Source of the DNA: Hormoscilla sp.
GTDB lineage: Bacteria > Cyanobacteriota > Cyanobacteriia > Cyanobacteriales > Desertifilaceae
Reading direction: 5' to 3'
Assembly: GCA_051439505.1 (NCBI GenBank)
Contig: JBFRWI010000114.1
Location: forward strand, 1 to 29,169
DNA: 29,169 bases
In this document: piece by piece, positions 19,791-29,169 of the stretch
Layout of the letters: every line of letters starts with the position of its first letter
Numbering within the stretch: the first letter of the stretch is position 1
Program-made: the position numbers and the translations under genes
Notes under the pieces: generated by a model
The model's input: the letters and a program-made list of their open reading frames with translations, nothing else
Database searches by the model: none
What the model was told of the DNA's origin: nothing

Positions 19791-20963
19791 CTACCCAGAG
19801 AATCCAGCCCTTGCCGATTTTTCGCGCACCGATCGCATGGCCTGGACAAACCGGTCGAACAGATAATCGGCGTCGTGGGGACCGGGACTGGCCTCTGGGT
19901 GATGCTGGACGGAAAATAGCGGCAGTGATTTGTGCCGCAACCCCGCGACGGTGTGGTCGTTCAGGTTCCAGTGACTAATTTCTACATCGGCGTTGGCCAA
20001 GGATTCGGGATCGATGGCAAAACTGTGATTCTGGCTGGTAATCTCCACCTGTTGGGTTAACCCAGCAGGTTGATTTAAGCCGCGATGACCGAATTTGAGC
20101 TTGTAGGTTTGGGCCCCCAAGGACAACCCTAAAATCTGGTGTCCCATGCAGATGCCAAACATGGGTTTTTCCGCACCCAAAAGGGCTTTGGTGGTTTCGA
20201 TCCCTTCGGTGACGGCGGCTGGATCTCCAGGACCGTTGGATAGAAAGATACCATCGGGGTTGTATTTGAGAATCTCTGCTGCTGGCGTGTTGGCGGGGAC
20301 GACGATCACCCGGCAACCGTAACTGGCCAAGCGGCGGAGAATATTGCGTTTGATGCCAAAGTCGATGGCGACTACGGTGAAAGTTTCTGTGCTGCTACCC
20401 ACACCAGTGGGGTTGAACTCCCAAGCAGAGTCGGTGACCTCAGACCACTCGTAGACTTGGGATGTGGTCACTTCGCGAACGAGATTTAAGCCATTCATGC
20501 TGGGTGCTTGCTTGACTTGGGCTAGCAATTCGGCCTCCGACTCGATTTCGGTGGAAATGCCGCCGTTCATGGCCCCGACTACGCGAATTCTGCGGGTGAC
20601 GGCCCGGGTGTCGATGCCGTAAATGCCGACAATGCCCTGTTCTTTTAGGTAGTCTGGCAGGGATTGGGTGGACCGCCAGTTGCTGGGGCGGGTGCAGATG
20701 TTGCGGGCGATCGCCCCCTTAACCTGGGGCCGACTGGATTCTTCATCTTCGGGGTTGACGCCGGTGTTTCCCAATTCGGGATAGGTGAAGGTAACGATCT
20801 GACCGCAGTAGCTGGGGTCCGTCAATACTTCTTGATAGCCAGTCATCCCGGTGTTAAACACCACCTCCCCGATGGTGGTTCCGGTGGCACCGAAAGACCA
20901 ACCGCGATAGCTGGAACCGTCGGCAAGCACTAGCAAGGCGGACTTAGCATGAGAATTTGGCAT
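19791..20963 (-). CDS. carA: Carbamoyl-phosphate synthase small subunit
   Basis: [26 protein letters not shown], catalytic GICMGHQ, TSQNH and [10 protein letters not shown]. Confidence 0.97.
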   Translation of the reverse strand: MPNSHAKSALLVLADGSSYRGWSFGATGTTIGEVVFNTGMTGYQEVLTDPSYCGQIVTFTYPELGNTGVNPEDEESSRPQVKGAIARNICTRPSNWRSTQSLPDYLKEQGIVGIYGIDTRAVTRRIRVVGAMNGGISTEIESEAELLAQVKQAPSMNGLNLVREVTTSQVYEWSEVTDSAWEFNPTGVGSSTETFTVVAIDFGIKRNILRRLASYGCRVIVVPANTPAAEILKYNPDGIFLSNGPGDPAAVTEGIETTKALLGAEKPMFGICMGHQILGLSLGAQTYKLKFGHRGLNQPAGLTQQVEITSQNHSFAIDPESLANADVEISHWNLNDHTVAGLRHKSLPLFSVQHHPEASPGPHDADYLFDRFVQAMRSVREKSARAGFSG

Positions 20964-21017
20964 AGATATGTTCGTAAAGCTGACAACGATGGTTATTATG
21001 GCACGATGCCCAGAGTT

Positions 21018-21212
21018 GGATGGGGTATCTCGATGACAAATTCCGCCCCCTGTGCCGGTGCTGCTATAGGCGATGGTGCAGGGTGTTACCTTACTGTTAC
21101 CTTACTGCTCGCACTCTGTTACCTTACTGCTCGCACGGTATAACCTTACTCGAAGCGGGACGCGGTCGGATGGGGATCTCGATGACAAATTCCGCCCCCT
21201 GTGCCGGTGCTG
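21018..21212. repeat. Local duplications of the kinase gene 3' end
   Basis: Identical 37-nt ATCTCGATGACAAATTCCGCCCCCTGTGCCGGTGCTG at 21027-21063 and 21176-21212, plus TGTTACCTTAC(TGCTCGCAC) reiterated at 21084-21136. Confidence 0.85.
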
Positions 21213-24200
21213 AAATACAGTGAAGCTTCCCTCCATGCTTATTTACCACGATCGAGTAACTGGTAGACAAGCCCAAGCCCGTGCCAGCACCCACGGGCTT
21301 GGTGGTAAAGAATGGGTCAAAAACCTTCTTTTGCACCTCCGACTGAATGCCAGGACCATTATCAGCAATGCGGATCTTCACCCAGTTGTCTGCTGTCACT
21401 TCGGTGCGAATGGTAATGGTGGGCACTTTGCCTGGGACATCACTGGGCCGCGACAAAGCATCGATCGCATTATTGAGAATATTCATAAACACCTGATTCA
21501 GTTGAGCAGCATAGCAGGTCACCTGTGGCAGTTTACCGTACTCTTTAATTACCTCAATTGCTTTATTACCTTCATCGCCTCTGATACTAGATTGCAACAT
21601 GAGTAGAGTGCTGTCGATTCCCTCATGGATATCCACTGGCTTCATGTCTGACTCATCCAGATGGGAGAAAGAACGCAAACCTCGGACAATATCCCGGATG
21701 CGTTGGGCTCCCACTTGCATCGAACCCATCAGCTTTTGCCAATCTTCTACCAGGAATTCCAGGTCTAGTTCCTCTAGGGCCTCGCTGATTTCTTCCACCG
21801 GTTCTGGATAATGTTGCTGATAGAGTTGCATCATGTCGAGTAACTCTTGAAAATATTCATCCCCATGGGAGAGATTGCCATAGATGAAGCTGACTGGGTT
21901 GTTGATTTCATGGGCTACTCCCGCTACCATCTTCCCTAAGCTAGACATTTTTTCCGTGTGAATTAGTTGGGCTTGGGTCCACTTCAGTTCGTCGATAGTT
22001 TGTTCTAGATGCAGGTTCTTTTCGTTTAATTCCCTCGTTCTCTGTTCCACTTTCTGTTCCACTGAAGTATACAGCAATGCATTCTCCAGGGAGATGGCTG
22101 CTTGGGCCGAAAGCACTCTTAATACTTCCAGTCCCTCAGGGGTAAAGGCCCCGCTGATGAGGTTGTTTTCTAAGTACAGGATGGCTATGAGTTTACCCCC
22201 TTTGACGATCGGGGTACATAAGAGCGATTTCAGTTGCCGTCGGGCAATATAGGGGTCGAAAGTGAATTGCCCGGAAGCTGCGGCATTGCTTAATACTACA
22301 TCATCACGAGTACGCTCGACATAATTAATTACTGTCACTGGCAAGTCCTGGACCTCTGCTACTGGCTGAGATTGCTGCACGACTACTGCGGGAGGATCTA
22401 CCGTTGCTTTCGCCTCCAGCAGCAGTTTTCCCTCTTTGGGCAAAAGCAGACAGCCTTGTCGCGCCCCGGCATTCTCGTAGAGAATCTTCATCAATTTTGA
22501 CAGCAATTTATCCAGCACCAGTTCGCAGGAAATGGCTTGGGATGCTTTCATGAAGGTGGTAAAATCTAGGACATTATAACTGCTAGAAGCTGTATGGGTA
22601 GATCTAGTTTGGATGGGAGTCAACGGAAAGGCTGTTGGCGCGCGCAGTTGGGGATATTTTTTCTGCAAATCCTCTACCTTGCGGGATGCGCCCCAACGTT
22701 GGTAGCCATAATGAGCTTTTTGCATGTATAGTTGGGCAAATTCCTGTTTGCCTTTGCTTAACCAAAACTTGGCCGCTAGTTCGTTGGCTAATGCTTCATT
22801 CTGGACGAAATCGTTTTTCCGGGCTGAGGCGATCGCCCGATCGTACAGGTCCATGGCCTCTAATTCATTCCCCGATATCCGGGCTATCTCTGCTGCTACC
22901 AACAGGTACTTGTGCTGGAAGTTTTCCGGGCAGTTGTCCGCCCAAATTTTCATCTGCTTTTGATTTGCTGTCAATTGTTGCCAATATTGTTGTTTGATTT
23001 CTAATGAAGCTGACTGATAGAGGGCTGCCAAAATTAGTGAGTAGTGAAAATTATGTTCAGAACCTTGGAAATGTCCTAAAACAAACCCCAGCCACTTTTC
23101 TGCTGCCAAGGCACAGTTTAATGCTTCCGTAAACTCACCGTACAGATATAATACCTGGGATTTGAAGATGTTAAAAGTACATAGCCAAGCAAAACTGTTA
23201 TGATCGTGACAACTTTCCAGATATTGGACTTCGTTAATTTCTCCATTGTGAAATTCCAGCTTGCTGGCCGTCATGGCACTCAAATTCAAAAGAATGAGTT
23301 GGAAACCTAAGAGGCCATCAACTGCCCATTGATTTTGAATCTTCTGGTTAAACTGCAAGAATTTTGGCAGAGTGTCTCGCAGATATTTGATAGTTTTTCC
23401 TTGATAAATAAGTAACGTAATTGGTGTTCGATCGCGTAGCCTGAGTGCCGTAACTCCCCAGATGACAAACCGGCTTGATAGGCATCGCTGAAAATATCCT
23501 CAGCCCACTTAATATGTTTTACCCAATGATTCAAATGACCAGCCAGAACCAAACAAGCACCGCATTTTTGAGCATGGTTATTAAATTTTTCACTTAGTTG
23601 CACGGCCAGTCGGCCAAACTCATAACCTAATTGATAGTGACCTAAAACAGACCCCAGGATAATTCCGTAAGTAACGTAAGCCTTCGCTGATTCGGGAACG
23701 TGACCGTATTTGAGGGATATCTGAGCCATTTTGACCACAATCACGGCGTAGAGTTCTTGATTGCTAAAGTAGGCAGGCGGATCGATATTCGATAACAATT
23801 TTACCCCTAATTTTTGCTCGGGTATTGTCATCTCTGGCGCATGGAGTAATGAGGATATTTCTCGATCGCCCAAATTCGCCTTAGCAAGACTGAGTTCCAC
23901 ATCCAGTGCCCTTTGCAAGTCTGATTCTGGTAAGTCTATCCCTAATTCCTGAAGGGCCGATCGCCCTGTTTGAATTGCTGCTTCATATTCTGCCCTTAGA
24001 GTATACTGAAAAAGAAGCATATCGTAAATTAATGCTCTTTCTAAGGCAGTTTTTACCTTAGATATAGTAAAATTAATCAAGGATTGCGATCGCTCAAAGT
24101 TACCGTTTAAGGATTCGACTTCAGCCCTCTCTTTATACAGTGCCAAGGTCAAAGCATACTCTTGTACCCAGCTATTTTCGGTTAAAATTTCCATCCCGGC

Positions 24201-26519
24201 GGTTAAATAAGTCCTGGCGGCGGCATAAGCGGTTGCGTCTTTGGCTTTTTGACCCGCTTGTAAGTTCAATTCAGCTAATTCAACTTGTTCGGACCGGTCG
24301 GTAATCAATTGGAGACCCTGATTCAGATGGTCCGTTAACTCAAAGATTCTTTCGGTCCGTTCTTCTGGAGACAGATTTTCTAGCAGCAGCTGTCCGATCC
24401 TGAGATGTACGGCTTTTTTCTGGTCCTCATCGATCGAGGCATAAGCTGCCTGTTGCACCCGATCGTGCCCGAATTTATAATTGAGAATTAACATGGGATC
24501 GTCAATCTCAGAGTTTTCCGTACTCTCTAAGGAGGAAGTGGCCTGGACTAATCCTTCTGTAATTGCGGGCAAAAGCGCCTGAAAAGTTTGGGCTTCGGGT
24601 TGTTCGCGGACGATCGAGAGGCGGTGTAGATCGAACTGGTTGCCCACACAAGCGGCCAAGCGTAAAACTTCCTGGGTTGTGTCGGGCAATTTCTGCAACT
24701 TGCCAATCATTAAATCTACCACATTATCAGTGATGCCCACTGCCTCAATTTCTTTGACGTTCCATTGCCAGCGTTTTTGCTGAATATCAAAGGTGAGCAG
24801 ATGTTCTTGATATAGGGTTTTCAGAAATTCATTTACGAAGAAGGGATTTCCCTCTGTTTTATCCATCACCAGTTCTGCCAAGGGGATTACCCGATCGCGA
24901 TCGCATTGCAAGGTATCGGCAATCAACTGAGTAATATGTGACAAGCTTAAATGAGTTAAGGTAATCTGGTTGATGCTTATTTCTTCGGACCTCAGTCTGT
25001 CAATAGTCATCATCAAGGGATGAGTGGGACTGACTTCATTATCTCGATAGCCCCCCAGCAACAGCAGAGAGTTGCTGTCAGTATCCATCATGATTAACTC
25101 TATTAACTTGAGTGTAGCGGAGTCGGCCCATTGCAAATCGTCTAGAAAGATAACGAAGGGATGGTGCTGTTGGCAAAATACCCGAATGAACTTTCCAAAG
25201 ACGAGATTAAAGCGGTTTTGAGTCTCGGTAGGTCCTAGTTCTTGCACCGCCGGTTGGGGTCCGATAATTAATTCTACTTCGGGGATGACATCTATAATTA
25301 CCTGCCCATTCTCTCCCAAGGCCCCTTCGAGTTTCGATCGCCAGCAGTTCAGTTGGGCTTCACTTTCGGTTAACAGTTGCCGCACTAATTCCTCAAAGGC
25401 CGCCACGACGGCAGAATAGGGAATATTCCGCTGAAACTGGTCGAATTTCCCAGAAATAAAATAGCCCCGACGTGCGGTGATGGGTTTGAAAAGTTCTTGC
25501 ACGAGGGATGATTTTCCGATGCCCGAATAACCGGCCACCATCATCAATTCTGCTTTGACTGTCTCCGCAACTCTCTCAAATGCATCAAGTAACGTCTCAA
25601 CTTCTCCTTCCCTGCCGTAGAGTTTTTGGGGAATTTGAAATTTGTCGGAAATATCTTGACGCCCGAGGGTAAATTCTGATATGCTTCCTTGAGTCATCAG
25701 TTGGGTGAGACCTGCTTCTAAATCCCCTTGAATGCCCCAGGCACCTTGGTATCGTTCTTCAGCGGTTTTCCCTAACAATTTCATCACTATGTCTGATATT
25801 GCTTGGGGAATCTCGGGATTGATTTTGTGTGGTGGCACTGGCGAAATAGCGATGTGACAATGCACCAATTCCATTGCATCTGCGGTCTCAAAAGGCACCT
25901 GACCAGTCAACAGTTCGTAGAAGGTGGCACCGAGACTGTAAAAGTCACTCCGATAATCCACCGAACGGTTCATTCTGCCAGTTTGTTCTGGGGATATATA
26001 GGCCAAGGTGCCTTCTAAGACCTTGGGGTTTTTGAGGGCAGTATTTTCCCTGGTCAAGATGCTGGCAATGCCAAAGTCGATGATTTTCAGTTCCCCTGTC
26101 CTTGGGTTAAATACTATATTGGCAGGATTGATATCTTTGTGGATGATATTGGCCCCGTGGATCTCCCCCAGGATCGAGGTAATGCGAATGGCTAATTCCA
26201 TAATTTCTGACAGGGGAAACTGGCGTTCCTGATGCAGTTTCTCTAAGGACTTCCCGCCGAAATCTTCCAATATCATTACTAAAGTATTCTGATATTTTTG
26301 CAATTCATAGGCTTTGATAACGCCGTCGCTGTTCAGCTTGCGGGTAATTTCATATTCCTGTTTATAGCGGGTGAGTTCTGCTGGGGTGGGATAATCTTGC
26401 TTGAGAACCTTGAGGATAACCGGTTGCTTATCCTGACTGCGGATGCCTCTATACACGTAGGAGTTGGCACTTTCATATATTTGCGCTAGTACCTGGTAAC
26501 CGGAAATGGCGATCGTCAT
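21124..26519 (-). pseudogene. Ser/Thr kinase-AAA ATPase-GAF-histidine kinase (HstK-like), frameshifted near 23406 (real lesion or sequencing error)
   Basis: The ORF 23307-26519 has the kinase motifs IIHKDINPANI and DFG, Walker A GYSGIGKS and Walker B FLDDLQWAD. The ORF 21124-23358 has GAF, H-box VAHEINNP and G-boxes DNGPG and GTGLGL. One extra base in the A-run at 23406-23408 joins them into a 1798-aa protein. Confidence 0.88.
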
Positions 26520-26676
26520 AGTTTTCCTCTTAGCCTAGTTCGGGAGCGAATACATATATTATCTTAAAACATTGTGAGGGAAAACATTCTTTCTTTAGAC
26601 TGATTTTATTTTTCTGCTGGGGGAATGCAGGGACCGGCGATCGCCTCTACTAGGTCACTGCCCGATACCAAGAAGT

Positions 26677-26798
26677 GTAGGGTGGGCACCGCCCACCGAA
26701 ATCGCCGCCACTTATACCATTTTATTTAATGATGATACAGTTATCCCTCCGGGGGTTCAACCCCCGGCTAATAGCTGAATTATGTTAAAACCGACTAA
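26677..26798. repeat. Cluster of REP-like elements (family B at 26677-26697, family A at 26745-26798)
   Basis: GTAGGGTGGGCACCGCCCACC and CCCTCCGGGGGTTCAACCCCCGG...GTTAAAACCGACTAA. Confidence 0.72.
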
Positions 26799-26927
26799 TA
26801 AACTTTCCCAGTAATTGTAGCTTTTTTTTACAAAAATGGTACTACTAGGGTGCTCACGACAGCTATTCTACTAAATGGACCCAATCACAAGTTGCTTGTA
26901 CTGCTCGAAAGATTCGCTGGACACCAG

Positions 26928-27084
26928 ACGATCAAGTTAGCATCAACACAATGGCGGCGGGCGAAGCATTTCGATATAAAATCTGTCAAGTTATGACACA
27001 AATTGTCGCTCCTCAGCTTCGCCCCTACAAATATATGTGCAAAACTGAGATGCTCCCCGCACGATAAAGTTGGCATCAACACAA
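26928..27084. mobile_element. Probable MITE/REPIN-like remnant (109 nt) flanked by 24-nt direct repeats
   Basis: ACGATCAAGTTAGCATCAACACAA (26928-26951) and ACGATAAAGTTGGCATCAACACAA (27061-27084) flank an insert with inverted arms GGGCGAAGC...GCTTCGCCC(CTAC). Confidence 0.55.
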
Positions 27085-27164
27085 ACTATATTTGCTGTCA
27101 TTTTTCTTCAGACCCCGGAAAGCTAGCTTGCAAAATTTGTTCGGTGCGTTCCTCTCGCATCTTC

Positions 27165-27201
27165 GCTAATTGCTAATTGCTAATTGCTAATTGCTAATTG
27201 C
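27165..27201. repeat. Perfect heptamer tandem repeat (GCTAATT x5)
   Basis: Directly visible; STRR-like. Confidence 0.9.
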
Positions 27202-27923
27202 GGGCTTGTTTGATTTCACCGACTTTCCCCTTGTCCCCCTTGTCTCCCTTCTCTATTTGCGCGGCTTTCGATGCACCCATGCGATCGGGGTAAAATAGCC
27301 TCTGCACATCCTCAAGTCACCTCTTCTGATTCCCAAAAGCCAGTTGGCCAAAAAATCAGTTTCTCTCCCATTTAATATATGATTTGTTGATTGGGATATC
27401 GAAGGGTTTTCCCCCTGTAATGAATTGAACTTTGATTGTCGGAGAACATTAACAGATAGAATAAATGCAACCTACCCAAAATGAGGGTGAAGTGATTAGC
27501 ATTCTCTGTCGTCAAATATTAATGTAACCGTACTGTAGTGGGCAGTATCTACCAGAGACCGCCCACGATCGCCATCTGGTTTGGCATCGGCATGTCTCTG
27601 GTGCCACAAACTTTCCCAGCAGATAATTAGCCCTGCCGAATATTTTTATGGTCTGTCAATGTCGCGATCGCTGATCGGTGACGAACGAGCCGTTGGTGGA
27701 CTGAAGCTGTGAGCGATCGGGTGTTGTGCCCCTACCGGTGCTGGCTTGGTCCTGAATGAAAACTACCCAACCTCCAGATGCTGCCGGTGCGATGCTAACC
27801 CCCTTTCCAGGAGGCTGTTTTCTGTAAGTAACCGGTGCTGAAAGAAGGCTTTTTCAGTAATTTACGTATAGGTATGTTATTTAAATATCTGGTGAAAAAA
27901 TGAGACTTTTGACCCCTTTTAGG

Positions 27924-27966
27924 GGCTCGTGGTCGGCTCGTGATCGGCTCGTGGTCGGCTCGTGGT
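27924..27966. repeat. 11-bp tandem repeat (GGCTCGTG[G/A]TC x4)
   Basis: Directly visible. Confidence 0.85.
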
Positions 27967-28524
27967 GGGATTTAACGGGATGCTTGGGCACGGAGGGTTT
28001 ATGCAGTTTGGGAAATTTTTTGGGGAGATTAGTTTCGGGGCTTGCTAGTACAGCCGGTGATTTCTGACGCTTTGGGTCAGTGCCGGTCTGTTCTGAGAAT
28101 CCGATTACTTTATGACCGGCGATTGGGTGCGGCTCCGGAACCCGTTGGTTGGAGTAGCCGAACCCTAAAGGGGCGGGCTATATACAAATATCATCGATGC
28201 ACCCAGCTATCAACGGGGCCCGGGGATACCTGAAGGGAATTTGTGGAGAAGCAGTCAGCCCTTAGAGGAAATATTGGTGACCAAAACTCGATCTGGTGTG
28301 GTCAAAACCCGTTGCTACTCGACATCGTCGCCCGAACCCTAAAGGGTCCGGCTACAGGAACAAAGCAATGTCATTGCGAGCGTAGCGTGGCAACCTTCCT
28401 GCGCGGGCTATATAGATGTATAGATGCACCTGGCTATCAACTACTTATGACCACACCCAACTCGATCTGGTGCGTAGATGGTTGCTTTTGAGAATGAGTA
28501 AGTAGTAGGAGATCTCCTAATTGT

Positions 28525-29005
28525 TTGGGGCAGGTGCCGGTAGTCAAAGGAAATTCCCTTTCCTCTTGACCTGATATGGTCCCATGCTGCTGGCAGGTCA
28601 GAACCGGTCAGCGGACGGTGCGATCGGGGTCTTGCCCCCAACTGGCCGCTCTTTAAGCCCTCCGGAGGCGGGAGTCTCCTACTTTAAGCAAGGAAATGCA
28701 ACATAGGCAATATATCTTGGTGACCAAAACTCTATTTTTGGCGTAGATGGTTGTTTTTTTAAATGATCACTTATGTTATTATGAGATCAAATAATGTTGC
28801 TTGGGGCTGGTGCCGGTAGTCAAAGGAAATTCCCTTTCCTCTTGACCAGATATGGTCCGATGCTGCTGGCAGGTCAAAACAGGTCAGCCTCGGGAGCGAT
28901 CGGGGTCTTGCTCCGAACCGGTTATATCGGTTATATCGTTCCCTGGCGATCGCTCTTAAAGCCCTCCGGAGGCGGGAGTCTCCTACTTGAGCAACGAAAT
29001 GCAAC
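28525..29005. repeat. Two diverged direct repeats of about 180-205 nt, 276 nt apart
   Basis: 28525-28702 and 28801-29005 share GGTGCCGGTAGTCAAAGGAAATTCCCTTTCCTCTTGACC, ATGCTGCTGGCAGGTCA, GCGATCGGGGTCTTGC, AGCCCTCCGGAGGCGGGAGTCTCCTACTT and GAAATGCAAC. Confidence 0.9.
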
Positions 29006-29089
29006 CAGCGATCGCCCTTTATCTGTGAGGGCAGCGCTGACGGACCTTGATGTACCCAAAGAAAATTAAATGTTTTCAGGAGGATCGAC

Positions 29090-29169
29090 ATGCTTTGTGC
29101 TGAACGCTTTGACCGCAATAACTTGACTCTCGATACCCCCGAGTCGGGTGTTGGTATGCTGGTAGTTAT
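29090..29169 (+). CDS. 5' end of a probable protein-coding gene (runs off the right edge), product unknown
   Basis: AGGAGG at 29078-29083, 6 nt before ATG 29090. Frame MLCAERFDRNNLTLDTPESGVGMLVV is open to the window end. Confidence 0.5.
   Translation, partial: MLCAERFDRNNLTLDTPESGVGMLVV

Noticed and set aside
21124..23358. Independent GAF-histidine kinase gene as listed in the ORF track
   Set aside because: It starts at a TTG in mid-domain and its frame continues upstream to the frameshift; better explained as the 3' part of one gene.
526..26489. Numerous short antisense or alternate-frame ORFs within the main genes
   Set aside because: Shadow ORFs overlapping well-supported genes, with no recognisable motifs.
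26817..26831. NtcA box
   Set aside because: Spacing is GTA-N9-TAC rather than N8, and the sequence seems to be the tail of repeat family A.
27480..27900. Hidden gene or RNA gene in the GC-richer intergenic stretch
   Set aside because: The plus-strand frames I translated are interrupted by stops, the ORF track shows nothing on either strand, and I could not recognise any tRNA, riboswitch or protein motif; a decayed pseudogene cannot be excluded.
28441..29118. Minus-strand ORFs 28441-28641 and 28771-29118 as paralogous proteins
   Set aside because: Their similarity simply reflects the DNA repeat, differences in that frame are mostly non-synonymous, and there is no recognisable domain or RBS.
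26520..29169. CRISPR array in the repeat-rich right end
   Set aside because: No constant 25-40-nt repeat with regular unique spacers; the repeats are irregular duplications or spacerless tandem repeats, and no cas genes are in the window.

Overview
Chromosomal window from a cyanobacterium, probably a filamentous Oscillatoriales-like lineage. This is inferred from dense HIP1 GCGATCGC/CGATCG sites, heptamer tandem repeats and cyanobacterial gene families. Left to right: the 5' end of one HEAT-repeat gene and a complete paralog, surE, an MscS channel with a C-terminal DEP domain, a CSP41b-like epimerase, a coiled-coil hypothetical, csaB, ycf49/DUF2499 and DUF3593. Next comes a minus-strand housekeeping block: carA, STAS protein, Mini-III, rlmB, DUF1816, gatA, dnaE. 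A Ser/Thr kinase-AAA-GAF-histidine kinase gene broken by a 1-nt frameshift follows, then about 2.5 kb of repeat-rich non-coding DNA. The main oddity is dnaE. It is one contiguous 1916-aa ORF whose usual cyanobacterial split-intein site (AEY|CFNKSH) is empty. It carries a 433-aa LAGLIDADG cis-intein 44 residues upstream of that site, plus an acidic repeat linker and a duplicated OB-fold at the C-terminus. No rRNA, tRNA, CRISPR array or intact transposase was recognised. All calls come from reading the sequence by eye; no searches were run.
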